From assembly GCF_009914755.1 (NCBI RefSeq), contig NC_060939.1: a DNA stretch of 64,000 nucleotides. One strand, written 5' to 3'. Below the pieces are notes generated by a model that saw only the letters and a program-made list of their open reading frames with translations, did not search any database and was not told the origin of the DNA. The position numbers and the translations under genes are program-made. This DNA comes from the human T2T-CHM13v2.0 reference genome, Homo sapiens. Positions 43,373 to 58,727 of the stretch are shown one piece after another. Every line of letters starts with the position of its first letter. Position 1 is the stretch's first letter.

Positions 43373-45569
43373 AATGGAGAAATATTGCCTCAGGATGAAT
43401 GAGTCTAACATATCATTTCTTGAGAAAAGACGTGAACTGGGAGAAAAAATAACAAATTCTGTAAAGGGAAAATGAAGGCACCATCATATTTGGAGAAAAT
43501 ATCCAAAAAAGAGGTGGATGAGCCTGGTAATAGACTTCCCCAAACTTCTCCTGGGACCAACATTACCCCATACAGTTTTGAGTTTTTTGTTTGTTTGTTT
43601 GTTTGTTTGTTTCAAGATTCATATAGTCCCTAGTCTGGTTCCAGATCAAAGGGCATGACCTTCCTACTAAAATTCAGACTGTGTCTGGTGTGGGCTGCCA
43701 GCCATCATGTGATGTCCTGCTTGGCGTCTGCGACACAGAAGTGCCAGCACAAGGCAGAATAACCAGGAAGCTCACTTCCAAAGCCATTCACATGGGGTGA
43801 GAGCACAGTGCTGCCTCAGCCAAAGCTCGGACAGCTCTACCCAATCGGCAAATCAAAAACAACAGGAAAGAGGTGGGCAGACCTGCTCCCCCCACACCCA
43901 GGATCCACCAAACCTGTGCCAGATGAAACAAAAAAGAAAGGAAAAATGAATTCAGACACCTGTGGCAAAGAAAAAGGTACAGGCTGACCCCACATTCCAT
44001 TTATTTCAGGCTTCCTCCAAGCCACTGCTTGTCATTTTGAAGCTTTACTTGTCAAACTGCACATAGTCAATTTTTCAGCCTTACCAAAAAGAGAAAAGAA
44101 AAAAAAAGAAAAAACAGGACCCAAAAATGAAATCCATCTTTGCCAAAGGGAGTTGCACCATCCTGTGTAGCAGCAGGCACAGGTGCTGCTGGTACAATCC
44201 AAGTACGGGAGAGAAAGAAATTTGTTATCCAGCTTTTCCACATTTTGCCACTGACAGGGAGACCCTTTTCATATTTCCTGTGAGGAGATCCCTCAAGTGG
44301 GGAAAGAAGGAAGGTGCAGTTAAGGTCTCCTCTGCCCAGGTGGCAAATGCACCTGGCCCTGTCATGCTGGCTTCCTGAGTGGGTGCTACACATTCTGAGA
44401 AGGAGGGATGTGACTGCGTGAATCTCAACACCCCACGCAGCACTCCAAGCTGCTAAGCCCAGAGAGATGGTCCAGGGGGAGAACCGCACCCGTCACCCAG
44501 CACCTGTGGAGTAGCCAAAACCAAGGCCAGCCCTTGATGAAATCTTGGAGTTTTAATTGTCTCAAGTTTGCTTTCAGTGTCCTTTGCCCTCTGTTTTGCA
44601 TCCTTCTCTGAGGAATCCCAGACTGCTTATCCACCACCTCACCCACGCAGCCCATATCAGTACTGTCTGAGTCTAGACTTCCCTCAACATCCCCCGCTAT
44701 GAAAATGCGCGTGCAGTGCCTTTCATGTTACTGCAGGAAAATGGTCTGTGTTAGAAAGAAGCTGATAAAAACACTTCCCTGAATAACTCTTGAGTCAAAG
44801 AGGAAATCAAATTTGCAGTTTAAGAGTTTTTAGAGGGGAAAAAAAGGGACATTTACAAAACTATATATCAAAATGCATAGTCTGCGACCAAAGTTTATTT
44901 AGAAAAAAATTGTGGTTTTATACATACCTTAAACATTGAACTAGAAAGAACTGAAAATAATAAGCTGAGCAGAAAATAGAAGAAAAATATTAATAACTTT
45001 GAGAAAGAGAAAAGAGATATATAACTATAACTAAAAAAATTACAAGGCAATAATGCATATAATTCTATGCATTTTAAAGTATTAGAAAATTTTCTAGAAC
45101 ATTTAAATGGACAAAATGACTGACTGAGACAGAAACATTAATATGCTAAGTGAAATTGGAGGGAAAAAAGTTTAAAATAATACAATAAATAATTACCAGG
45201 CATAGATGCTATGTAATTCCTAAGCTTTTGAGATTATTTCAGAGAATTCAGAAAGATGACAAGGTTTTCATTAATTTTAAAATGTTAGTACAAGCCTGAT
45301 ATTCAAAACTTGACTAAGTCAACACACATACACATCACACCACAAACATGGACACACAGGGCACATACTATACACACCATTAATATAATGTATAATATGT
45401 AAAGATCATAAATATGTCTTTCAATGTGATCAACCTAAATATTAAAAGAATCATTCAAAATGGTTAAGTTTTATTCCAAGGATACACGGTCATTCAGTGT
45501 TAGGAATTCTATTTGTATAATTTATTAGTAGGTCAAAGGAAAACAGATGACCAGCTCAAAAAATGCCTA

Positions 45570-46020
<451 letters not shown>

Positions 46021-46505
46021 TTAAACAACGATGCCTGCTACCACAACTATTACAATACATTGTTACAGAAGCTCTATTACATATTGGTAGACAAGAAAAA
46101 TTGTCAAGTGAGGTATTACTATTGGAAAGAAGAAGATAAAAGTAACATTCTCAGCAAAACATTGGATTATTCATTTGGAAAATTTATGAGAATCAACTAA
46201 AAGACCATTAGAATGAATAAGATTTCCTGACAGAGGCCAGTTAGAAAATAAAACACAATACCTCCTCAACATACTTGCAATAACAAATTTAAAAATAAAA
46301 CAGAAAAATCCATTTAAAAAGTAATAAAGAGAAGCTAGCTAAGAATAAACTCAACAAGAAATGTAAGATACCTATTTTTTATTAAAAAAGAAACTGTAAA
46401 TTACTGAAGGAAATAAAAGGAGAATTGAACCCATGCATAAACACTCAATACTCAAGATGAAAAAACTTAATACCGAAAGCATGCCATTAATAAACTGATC
46501 CATAA

Positions 46506-46895
<390 letters not shown>

Positions 46896-49409
46896 TGAAT
46901 TTTAAAACATGAATATGATATTCATCTTGAAAAATATATATGAAGTAACCATAAAAATCATGAAAAAGACATGTAATGAGGGAGGACTTACACATGTGAT
47001 GACCTATAAATGGAATGTTAAAACAATATGTTGCTGTTGCAGGCTATAAGGCATATAAAACTGTTTATGATACTATTTTTATTCTCAAGTAAGTCTCATT
47101 CTTTTAAGGGAAATAGACATAAAAATGAAAAAGCTTCATAAAGTACAATATTAGTTATAATATTAAATAAAAATATGAATACGAAGTGCTGTAGGGTTGC
47201 AGGAAGGGGCTCCCCACTCTGCCTGTGGAACGCGTAAGCTGGCGTATGGAGCCAGAGTGGGGATCCCTGGGGGAGAAGGGTGGCAGGGCTCATCCGAGCT
47301 TAGGGAGGGTCTGAGGACGTGTGGCTTTGAAGAGAGAGCTGTGGGACTGTTGAGTTTGGCACCCACTGGGGAACCCTGCAGTCTAGGAAGCTGGCATAGG
47401 AATCTGCTGCCAGACTGGGGAGGGATTTGAATGTCTTTGGAATGCAGGCATCCAGGGATCTAAAAGATTTCTTTCTGAGCAAATTTAGGTGCCCAGGAGC
47501 CATGTTCAGAAGTTGTGATTTGCTTCACCGTTGGTTTAGGCTCACAGTCAGGGTTGAAAGCCACTGTTTAGGTTATGGGGAGCTTCTGAAGCAAAGAGTT
47601 TATGTGATTTAGGCTACTCTGGCAGCTGCATAGAACTATTCTGGGGAAAAGGACTATTGGAACAATGGAGGAAGTTAAGCCCCAGAGAGGAGAACACACC
47701 TGCCTAGGTTGGCATCATGACCCACCTGTAGCATGGGTCTCCTAACTCCCAACTCAGTGTCCTTCACTCTGCTAGATGGAATTTCTAAATGCTAGCAGGC
47801 TGTGGCTAAGGTATGTCAGACCCAGCCGGCAACAACTACATGCTGACCTGCTAGGACAGATTCTGACCACCTCTCACTGCAAAATAATCTTCAGGAATTA
47901 TTAAGGGTGAACCCTGTTTATGAGGACAAATGCTGAAGAACACAGAGAAGGTTAGCATGAGGACACCTGCAGATCCTACTCAGCAGAATTCACATATTTA
48001 CAAAGCAGCGGGAGGAACAAAACAGGATTCCTCAAAGTGATTGAAGACCATTTTCATAGCATGAATGGGCAAGATGGATATGAATCTCTAAATCTGCTTT
48101 TTTCTTCCCTTTCCCAAAAGGCCTGGGTCACTGAAGAGTGTGTGTGTGTGTGTGTGAATGTGAATTCTGTGTACCTTTGAGATTCCTTATGAGATTAGAA
48201 AAGAAGTCTTTCAGAAATCCAGAAGCCTCACTTATCCTGCACCTCCAACCTACACCCACAAATGACAAAGGAGTCGTGACCACCAAAATCTATCCTAGTC
48301 AGTATTTGATTTCATACTAACTATGCAGGACCTAAGGAAGATTTCACAATATTGAGAAGATGGTATCTTGTCACTTGCTCTTAAATTTCTATCAGATGAG
48401 TCAGAAATATTTTCCTAAAAATTATTTCATTGCTGATAAACTTGACATCATTCCCCTCGTCTAAACCACACATTATAGCATTAACTATAGGGAAACCATA
48501 ACTAATATCATTATTTTGGAAGGGCAGGAAAAAAAGAAAGAAGAAAGACAAGAATGGAGAGAGGAAAGAAGGAAGAATGCAGTAAGCAGGAAGGGGAAAA
48601 CGGTCTACCTCTTTTGACATTTTCCCCTTAATGTGCAACATTTGAGAACTAAGTATTTTCCAAAAAGATATTGATGACAACAAGTAGACAAGGCCAGAGA
48701 AGATAGGAGGACAGTAATCTCAAGGTGATCCTAGATCTAGATGCAAATTCTGTCCTCTAGGATCAGACTCTCATCTGAGAGTGGTAATCAATAATCCCAC
48801 CATGAGGATACGTGGTTGGTGCTAACCTGGATCTGGAAAAAAATAAAACATCAACTATCCCTTGAATCTTCATAGCTGGGAGTCTAGAACTATACTACCA
48901 TGACAATAGCATGTCCATAATAACTTTAAAGCTCAAAAGTATAGGGTACAAAAGGTTCCTGGAAGATACGAGAAGAGTCTTGTATCAAATGAATCAGAGG
49001 GCTTGAGACCTCGGAATATGTATTTCATCAACATGGGAAGTGTAAGATAAGTCAAACTCAGTGAAGACTCTGTTACCCCAACCTACCCTAGTGAGAGTCT
49101 CCAGTTTCCCTCACTCCCTTCCCTGGTGCTCTCCAAGGCCTGAAATTATCTCTTATTCTTCTACACATGGCCAGCCATGGATGGGATGCAACCAAGACAA
49201 TATTTAGGGCAATTAATACAACTGAAGGAAACTGACTGAGTAATGTCCTCCTGCTTTTTAAAGCCACTTCAAAAGGCAGACACTCATTATGCCTGTGCAT
49301 TTTTCACACTCCCCCATATTTAGACTCACTCTGACTCTGCCCCACATCGCTGCCTGCTCTTCAATGTGGCTTTTAATGATGCAATATTATGTTCATGAGC
49401 ATGAAGAAA

Positions 49410-49580
49410 CATCTGGGTGCCAATTCTACCTTCACCACTTGCTAGTGGGCAATCCAGAATAAGTTAAACTTGCCGTACACAGTTTCTCATTTATACAATG
49501 AGAATACTTTGCGCATACGATGATTTTCAATGATTAAATAACATCATACACGTGATACATCTTAGCGCCTGGCATCTGGT
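49410..49580 (+). mobile_element. MIR SINE relic
   Basis: acatctgggtgccaattctaccttcaccacttgctag...cagtttctcatttatacaatgagaata. Confidence 0.55.
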
Positions 49581-51054
49581 GTCTGTTATGAATACATGTC
49601 AATGGTTTTCAAATTCTAATTGACATAAGAATCACCTAGAGCTTGATGAAATACATATTCCCAGGTCTCAAGCCCTCTGATTCATTTGATACAAGACTCT
49701 TCTTGTATCTTCCAGGAATATTCATTTACAGAAACAATGCCATATGTCCAGGTGGTCTGGAGATTACCTTCCGAGAAACTCTCCTACGAGTGCTGCTACC
49801 TAAACAAATACTTCTCTGATGGCCTGGAGTGGCAACAGTTGGGCAGGTCAGCCCCCAAAAGCCCTCGGAGACCTCTTGATCCAAAAGTATTCCTATTAAG
49901 GAAGTCCAGATTCCAATTTTCAGAAGAGGTGAAGAGGTTAGACCCAGCAACCTTTGAGATCTTTTCCCCAAGGCCGTCAGTGACAGCCAGGGAAAGGGCA
50001 CCAGTTTCATCCTCTTATCTCCATTTATTTAGTGAAGTTATTTTGCTCCGTTGCTACCAGGAGCCCAGCTTAATCCCAATCTGCCCATTATGTTGACATT
50101 TCACATCTCAGTGGAGAGGACGTTTACTGCTTTCCCAGTGGACACTGGGAAACAGGGCACTGTTTCCAGCTCCGGACACGCATTCCAACGGGAGCGTCAG
50201 ACTCTATTATGACAGAGCCCGCTGCTGGGGGAAATGGCAGAGCACGTGCATTTCATCATTTAGGTTTGGTTTCTCTCACACTCTCTCTCAAGAATTACAG
50301 AGCTGTACAGAGTGCTTTCTGCTTGGAATGCTCCCAATTTCAAAGTCCTTACCAAAAGAGAACAAGAAAAAGATCTGGTAAAAAGGATCCAGGAACAAAC
50401 ATTCATATTGGTGATGGAGAAAAGTAGATTCCAACAAGCCAGGACCCAGGGAAAAGTAGCATTACCTGGGATGGGAGAGCCGGTAATCAGCTTCTTCGTG
50501 TACTGAAAAGTCCCTAAGCTGCGGTCCCTTAGACTCTTCAGCAGATTGGAAAAATGCTGCCTCCCTGGGGCTCTCTGAGGGATGGGAGTGATTCAAATTC
50601 CTGCTGTTTTCTGGTCTTAGCTGTGGTAGAAATGGCCCCAAACTCAGCTTCCTGGCAGAATTTTATTTGTCTTATCTAATTTCCTCAGTAGTTGAACAAC
50701 CAAGAAATCCTGTCCTGGCATCACCTGCAAGGGTGACTTTAGTGATGTTCCTTCATGTCCTCATTGGGCTTTGGTTAATCCATCTATAAACCAAAGTGAA
50801 TCATGAACTAGCTCACCAAAGCACATTAGAACACACACACACACTTACGCGGAAGGTAGAACTGAAGATTTTTTTAAATCTTGTTCTTCTTTTGTTAGTC
50901 CATATTTTCATATTTATAGACTTGATGTTTTTCTTAATATTTTAAAATTTTAAAAATTACTTTAAATGAGGTAGCATTAAAAATAAAAATTTTAAAAAAT
51001 TAACTTAAGATTCTGTAATAACAAATTAAAGATTAAATTTTTCTTTTTAAAAAA

Positions 51055-51285
51055 TGAGGTAGCACAGCACAAAGATTAAGAACATAGCACACTTTAGAAG
51101 TATGGGTTCAATTACACCTGTTTCTGCTACGACTAGCTGAGCATTTTGGAACAAGTTATTTAATCACTTTAAACTACCCTTTCCTCATCTATAAAATGAA
51201 GATAATATTAGTACCTATCTAATATGGTTTTTGTGAGCAATAATAGAATCTGTGTGAAGTACTTACACAGGTGCTCAATAAATTG
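51055..51285 (+). mobile_element. MIR SINE relic
   Basis: gggttcaattacacctgtttctgctacgactagctgagc...tttcctcatctataaaatgaagataatattagtacctatct...gtgctcaataaatt. Confidence 0.7.
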
Positions 51286-51514
51286 CACACTGGTTTTATT
51301 ATTGGTAACGTGACCTCTTTATGTATAAAGATACAACACCTGTCAAGTAAACACTTACAAACTTGTAGTCCCAAAAATAGAATGATTCATCTGGCATACC
51401 CACATCACAACACACTCACGCATTCTCATTGAGCCCCCTTGCTATGACACCACCCATCTGTAAGAAGGTTAAAGAGGTGGGGCATGAGATCTATGGAGGT
51501 AGTTGCATCTCATG

Positions 51515-51563
51515 AACCTGTACAAGAATTGAACCCATAACCCTGGGCTAATTAGCACCTCAT
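51515..51563 (-). pseudogene. tRNA-Ile(AAT)-like relic (tRNA pseudogene or MamSINE1-type head)
   Basis: minus strand ggtgctaattagcccagggttatgggttcaattcttgtacagg aligns without gaps to the 3' two-thirds of tRNA-Ile(AAT), about 31/43 by manual count; B-box-like ggttcaattc. Confidence 0.55.
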
Positions 51564-51717
51564 GCCATCTGGCAGGAGTCAAATAGACATTATGAGCACT
51601 AGTTATCTGAAATCTGTGACTGTGGAGATGGGTTCTATGACTTTGCCGCCCTGAAAATCCGGATTTAGGAAGGATCCCAGATACTTAAAGCAATTAGCAA
51701 CTTTATCAATGACAGAG

Positions 51718-51720
<3 letters not shown>

Positions 51721-51752
<32 letters not shown>
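51721..51752. repeat. (AC)16 microsatellite
   Basis: perfect run. Confidence 0.95.
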
Positions 51753-51753
<1 letters not shown>

Positions 51754-52001
51754 AGAAAGTTTAATAGAAGTATCGCAGGGACTCTCCTGACCACATACAT
51801 CTCACTAGAGAGTTGGCTGCACTCTCACCTAAAGAGGAATTCTCCCATCACTCTTCACTGGGCAACAATTGACAATCACTGTCATGGTGAGCAACTGTGA
51901 CTGATGACAGTATGTTACAGTAGAAAAATATGATCAATTATCTTGATCTAAATAAAACCAACAAGAAAATCATCTTACTTTTTTCTAGCACACATGCACG
52001 T

Positions 52002-52002
<1 letters not shown>

Positions 52003-52039
<37 letters not shown>
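52003..52039. repeat. (CA)18 microsatellite
   Basis: perfect run. Confidence 0.95.
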
Positions 52040-52041
<2 letters not shown>

Positions 52042-54357
52042 AGGGCTCTATGGACCTTTGCATCACACCAGCATCTTTGATGCCCTCTCCCCAAGAATAA
52101 CAAGGGGTCCCAGGCTCACAAGATGCAACTGTCTCAAAAGATCTCATGCCCAATCTCTGTAACCTTCTTACAGATGGGTGCTGTCATAGCAAGGGGCTCA
52201 ATGAAAATGTGTGAGTATGTGTGTTGGGGGATGAGTACACCAGATAATTCATTTTACTTTTGGGACTACAAGTTTTTGAATGTTTGCTTGACAGATGTTG
52301 TGTCTTTATATATAAAGAGGGCAGATTACCACTTTTTCTGATCACAAACAAGTCAGATCTTCTGCCATGTGCTATCTCCTACTTTTCTTCCACTTCTCTC
52401 CTACCCAGCCCCTACCTGCACAGTTCCTGAATATCCACTTTCTCCTCTGTGGTTTCTATTGAACATTGCAGCCACCTGCTTGGAGGACCTCCTATGCGGG
52501 GACCAATATATTGAAATTCTCAGGTTTCCAAAGCTGTATCCTCTGGTGTCCTCAGTCCACAAAAGCCACACTGTGTTCCACACAGACGTGAGATCCACAT
52601 CTCTTTTGTGGACGATCCTTGCCCAGCTGAAGACTAACACAATACTGCTGTGTAAGGATGGCTTACAGAGAGTTGAATGAAAGACTCCATTTTCACCATC
52701 TGTCTCATTCTCCTGGGACTAAGGCAGTACTCCATGAAAGGCTGGGCAAGAAAAAAAGCCAAGTACTATACAGTGTAAATTATTCAAAAGCCTTCTCCTC
52801 CCCTCCGAAAGCCAAAGATGCATGCTCTTTCACTAGACCAAGCACATCTGATTTCCTCTCCCCTTAGGATGAGTTGTCTCCTAGCAGCCCTCATCAAGCA
52901 TTCATGCAAATACATTCTTTGCAGGCTCCGTCTCACCAGGAGTCCTGACCTGTCTTCAAGAAATGAACACTGCTTAAGATCAAACTGGGACCTCCCCATG
53001 CACAAACATACAAATAAACTTTTCCAGCTCCTTTGCTTCCCATCTGATTTCTAAAACTCTGAATATGCACACCATAAATGAAAAGAACAGATATTCGCTA
53101 TCCCCAAAGCCCATCATTTTAAAGGTGTAAATTAGTAAATAAAGGGCTGGGGATTTAGGATATGGTTTCTCAAGGGCGAGTTGAATATAAAGCTGCCTTG
53201 ATACAAAACTGTGCCTTACTACTCACCCTGCCTTTGGCAGGGGCACTGCCCTGACCTCCCTGTCTTAACCCAGCAATGGCCTGGCCCTAAACACCTTTCA
53301 AAACGTACCTGTCTTAGATTCAACTCCCACAGGCCCTAAACTCCTAAACTAGCCAGTTCCTCTTTCGCTGTGAGAGTGAACTGATGAAATAATCCTCTCA
53401 GCTTCCATCGTTACCTTTAAACAGAGTACTCTAGAGTAACAACTTAACCTAAAGATCCCATGGATGAGTCTCCATGCAGGAGATGGTGCAAGGCTAGACC
53501 AGGGAAGGATGGCCTTTCCCAGAGGCCCACCAACCTCCACATTATGACTGCAAAGCCCTGTCCTATTATTTTGATTTCTTCCTTCTTATGCCCAGCAGCC
53601 TTTTAAGAGAAAGTGAACGAAATAATCACCAAAGCAAGCATTCGGTTGTTTGATTTTACTTTTGGTGGTTTTAGTTTCAATTGGTACTCTTACGTATCCC
53701 ATGTTCCTGGCCCTTGTCATTTTTCCTATGCCAGCCACAACTTGAATAATTCTGATATTTGAATGAATTCTCTAGCGAGTCCAGAGCTGTGGAGCTTTGG
53801 CCCTTCTTTCTCTCCTGCATCCAGTACTTTCACTCTGATGGTCATTATGTAAATAGGAAAATATTTAGCTCTGGTTTCCTGGAATCTTCTGCGTAACCAG
53901 ATCTGCAGGTGTGTGGGAGATCAAGGCCTTTGTGTGAGTCCACATAAACATATGCTCCAAAGAAAGGAACTAAACCTCCCTCTCCTTGACCCTAGAGCCA
54001 GGACTCTTTTCCCTTCGCTAGGCAAAACCCCTCACACTTGTCTTAAAAGGTTTCCTGAACCTTGCAGAGGGAGGCTTACACCAGCATGTGCTGACCCACT
54101 ACCGAGCCAAGCATCATGGCTGAAGAGAATGCTCATCTTTGAGATGATAACTTACAAAGATGAAAAAAGTACTGATTTTATAAGATAATCCTCATTAATG
54201 TATCTTCTTTTTATTTTTCAACAGCCAAGTGTGCATGTATAGTAACTTCAACAACAGAAGTATCTAATAGCAATTCTCAGCCAGTCTCCCAACACACAGA
54301 GCTCTCTAGAATATTTTAATCATATAACCAGAAAATATGTACTTTTGTTTCACTTAC

Positions 54358-54394
54358 CTTTGTCGAGAATCCATGTAAAAATGGTGTTTAACTT
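54358..54394 (-). other. candidate 37-nt spliced exon
   Basis: minus strand ttattgtttcacag|AAGTT...GACAAAG|gtaagtga; near-consensus donor and a ctaac branch-like motif upstream; no transcript evidence. Confidence 0.35.
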
Positions 54395-54664
54395 CTGTGA
54401 AACAATAACTCGATTCAGTGTGGGGGTTAGAGGTGTAGATTTCTAAGCTTCTGGGCTATTGTGAGGTTTGGATGACTCTCTAAGCCTTCTAATCATTTGT
54501 TTCATCAAATTATTTTCTCAAAGTCTACAAGGGGTCATACTAGACCAAACCTAAAAGTTTCTTCAGTGTGCCTACATTTCTAAACAAGACTAGGAGAGGA
54601 AATTTGAACTCACAGCTCCAGCCAATACCCTCCTTCTGCCCTTCAGTCTTCATTGCTTTCCTCC

Positions 54665-55123
54665 AACATAGTAGCTCAGATTTCATTTGTCTGTGAATGG
54701 TAGAAAACCAAAAATAGCAGTGTCTAAAATAATACAAAAGTTGACTTATGTCTCAGTGTAAGAGGTTCAAGACTGTCCTGGTTTCTTCACAAACCTAGAG
54801 CTCTAGGTCCCTTTAAGCTAATTGCCCCCACGGCCTTGGCTTCATGATCCAAGATGGCGGCTGTTACACTTCTGGCAACAGGTTAGAGACAAAGGGCATC
54901 TCATGCTGTCTCTTAAGAATTTCACCAGGACCTTTCATGTGACATTTCTGCTTAAAGTCCCAGTAAACAAAACTTTGTTCCCTGGCCAGACCTAGATATG
55001 AGAGAGTCTAGGAAATGGTATCACCATTCTGGAGATTACAGGTCCAGTCAAAAGTCAGAGGCTCTCTCACCATGGAAAAAGGAGAGAATAGATATTAGGG
55101 GATTTCCAGCAATCTCTTTCACA
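54665..55123 (-). mobile_element. MLT1-family MaLR LTR relic
   Basis: ctctaggtccctttaagctaattgcccc...ccaagatggcggctg...ggagagaatagatattaggggatttccagcaatctctttcaca. Confidence 0.55.
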
Positions 55124-57877
55124 TGACCAGCTATTCTCATAAATTTTCAAATCACAGCGAATTTTGAATTAAGAGATGAGGCTGGCTGAAAGGCCAGCAG
55201 TAGATCAGAGGAGCAGGTGGCAGACTGTGTGCTGAGAAAGAGAACAAGCTGAAACAGAAAAACAAACAGAGCTGAATGCAAGGGCATGAGTGAAAGAAAG
55301 AAGCTGATAGTGAATTTAAGAATTATTGAGAACCTACCAGACATCAAACACTAAATCCATAAGAATTAAAAAGTTGATAACAATTCAGAAAATGCCAAAT
55401 AAATCAATGGAAGAGAATAGAACCCAGAAACAGTACCAGGTCTATGTATGAGGAAGGACGGGTTATCCAATAAATAGTTTGATGACAAATGGCTATCCAT
55501 GTGGAAAGAAATAGATTTGGATCACTTTCTCTCTTAGCTTGGGTATTTTACAAACAGTACCTGAAGCAAGGCTTAGGTGCTAGTATTTGTTACAAGATGC
55601 AACTCCAGGAGAGTAAGGGTAAGGGAAGAGAGGTGAGATAAGGAAGGACGGAAGGCCAACATGAGGCAATGGATACTGAGAAGGCCACTGCTTTATGAAG
55701 AGACACAGCTGGTCACACAGCTAGGCAGGACATCCACAAACCCACTACATAAAAAACAGTGCTTCTGATCAGCCCATCGGAAGAACACAAGGAGGGAGAG
55801 TTTGTCCTCTGACTTCTTCCTCTCTGCTCTTACCCATGGGGGTTAACTCTCCATGCTTCTGGGTTCTGTCCCCGGGCCAAGGCTACAACTTCTGGGGACA
55901 CCAGTTGTACTCCTTTCCTAGTCTTGGGGTGAATGAGAAGCCAGAGATGCAGGCTCCAAATGCGAGCCTCGAAGACGGCATGAACACGGCCATGACAGCT
56001 GAGGTGGGGGAGTGGCTGGGGTCCCAGAGACTGGTGAGGCTGAGAGAATGCACGAGGCGCAGGAGCTACATTCAGTACACTGCCTCACATTCTACACAGA
56101 AACAAACGTCAGGTGAATCCAACATACAAACATAAAAACAGTAACAGCCACGTAAAAGTAGGAAAAAAAAATGTTCATAGATAATCTTGTGAAGAATAGG
56201 CTTTCCTAAGTATAACTAAAATCTGAAATCATTTGGGGGAATAAAGAAGGCAAGCTTGGCAGATTTGACTGAAACTTCTTCCTGGAAAAAGAGACATACA
56301 TACACACAAAAGTAAAATATCAAGTGGATAACATAGGTATTTGCAGCACAGAGAAACAGATAAAATATAAATATCAGTAGGCGCTAAAGAACTTCTACAA
56401 ATCAATAAGAAAAACTAAGTGGAAAAGTAATGTGCCTAGAAAGCAGACAGTTAGCCCAAGATGACAACAGTCTAACCATCTAGTTTAAATAGATCCACAA
56501 GATAATCCTTTTCACAGTGGCCAAACTCCTAAAGGAACCTCAGATGGAAGAATTGCAAAGCAAGCAAAGAGAAATAGTGTAAATACTCCACTGGATTTGA
56601 TTACTTTATAGCGTGAGAACCAGATTTCCAAAGTTCCACTGAATGAACTGAAAAATTGCCCCTCAATGGTTTCATTTCTGCAGCCTTCACATGAGCTAAA
56701 ATCCCAGAAGGTTCCATCTATTCCAAGATAACTAGGCTTCATTGAATGTGTCTGTCTATAGCAAACTCCACCCAGATTGAATTCTGACACATTTATAGCA
56801 AAGGCCATTTTGCCTGGGCACCCTGCCCTCACATAATTCTGTACTGTTGATTTATATTGCTTCCCATAAAAAAGTTCTTTTTATCATAATAGGACAACAT
56901 TAAGCTACAGCAAAATAATGCCTTACATTTATTGGCACTTTCTCAAAGCATTATCTATTACTTAATGGGATCATCACAAGAACATTGATAGGAGAGTAAG
57001 ATTTTTTTAAATATTCATTTGGCAGAGGAGGTTTTTAAAACACAGATTATATAAAGGACACACCCCACGTCAAAGAGCCAATTACTGGCAAATCCAGAAC
57101 TAAATTTTAGGTGCCCACTAGCTTCCAATCTTCAGTGTTTTCCATCAGATTTCACAGTTTCTACTGAACAACGTGTAAGTAACACGATTCTACAAGCAGG
57201 GCAATGGGTTGTTTTCAAGATATATACCTTTAGGTATTCGTAATGGAGTTTGGCAGCTTCAGAAAAACTAAGTTGTTTACATTCAACTGTCTCTTAACAG
57301 CACGAGCTAACTGTCCAAATGCAGTCAGAGATGTTAGAATTAATACTGAATGCCAAAGAACCCATCCCTTTTTTAATATCTTGAAACTGAGCCAGTAAAA
57401 TGTCTTCCGGTTATTAATTTCCATAGTCATTTTCCTTTTATTCCATAAACGGGGGAAGGAAGAGCAGGAATTTTTGCCTGGTTTCTTGACTGAATTTTCC
57501 CAAGTGCTTTGAACAGTGCCTGCCATACAAGTGTTTAACAAATAATTTAATAAGTAAGTAAAATCTGTGGCAAGATATTTCTTTCTAATGTCACTTGGAC
57601 CTTGAGTGAACAAAAGACCGAATCTCCAGTATGCTCACATTTTTTAGATATAGTTACATTTTTGCGAGTTTGGGGTTATTGCCCCAGCAAAACTCTCCAT
57701 TTGGAGAAAGAGGAGAGGATGAAATCTCTTGAACTGAGCCAGATGTCTCAGATATTTTCTTAACCTTTGAGTTGTTAAGATTTTGAAACATATCTCATGC
57801 TTATTATTTTACATAAAAGTTTTAAGGTTTGCCTTTACTTTTTAACTAGGCCCAGTTTAAGAACAAAACACAGTTTA

Positions 57878-58051
<174 letters not shown>

Positions 58052-58727
58052 TAGACTAGAAAATTTAGGGGAAAATTGAAGAATGGACTCCGAAGGAAAG
58101 GAAATTAAGGTATTTCTGGGGATCTAGGGAACAAAAGCCATGGATAGCACTGCAGGGTACACCTGCTTGGCAAACAGCCACAGTGGTCACTCTATTCAGT
58201 ATTTGAATTCCAGACAGAAAGGCTAAGGAAGCGTGAGGCACTTGGACAGAATCCCACCAATACTGTAAACCATGGAGAAATGCATATCCCAAAGTGGGTG
58301 ACTATTACCAGCATATCGGGAAATGGACCCTGAACAGGCAAGAACAGGTGTCCCTTACAACAGTGACTCCACAAGTACATGACCTACAATTGGAAAAGCA
58401 TATCCCATCCTGGACAGAACATACGGCTGCCCTTCATGAAGGTGAACACTGGTAACAGATCCAAACAGCAACTGGGAAAGTCTTTAGGGGGCCAAATAAA
58501 AACAGTCTATTCAGCAAAATTTATACACAATTTGTTAAAATTGGTGTTGCATCAGGGACATGTCTCCTGCCCTGTGAAATGCAAGAGCTCTGAAATGTAA
58601 AAAAGGCAAGGCACCCTATGTAAACAGACTTCATTTTACGAATGAAATTGTCAACAGAAGCAGATTCGTGTATTTCCCCATTATGGGCTTTTACTGGTAC
58701 TTCGTGTCTTTGGTCTTAATCAAAATA

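Noticed and set aside
46966-46978. aagacatgtaatg matches 13 nt of the L1PA2 TSD
   Set aside because: Short AT-rich match inside an old L1M relic with no structural link
47942-47959. acagagaaggttagcatg resembles the U6/U6atac ACAGAGA region
   Set aside because: Only ~18 nt of similarity, flanks do not continue, no TSD or poly(A); compatible with chance
50964-51064. aaatgaggtagca repeated around an AT-rich spacer (contains let-7-like tgaggtag)
   Set aside because: 13-bp repeat in low-complexity DNA at a MIR edge; no miRNA hairpin
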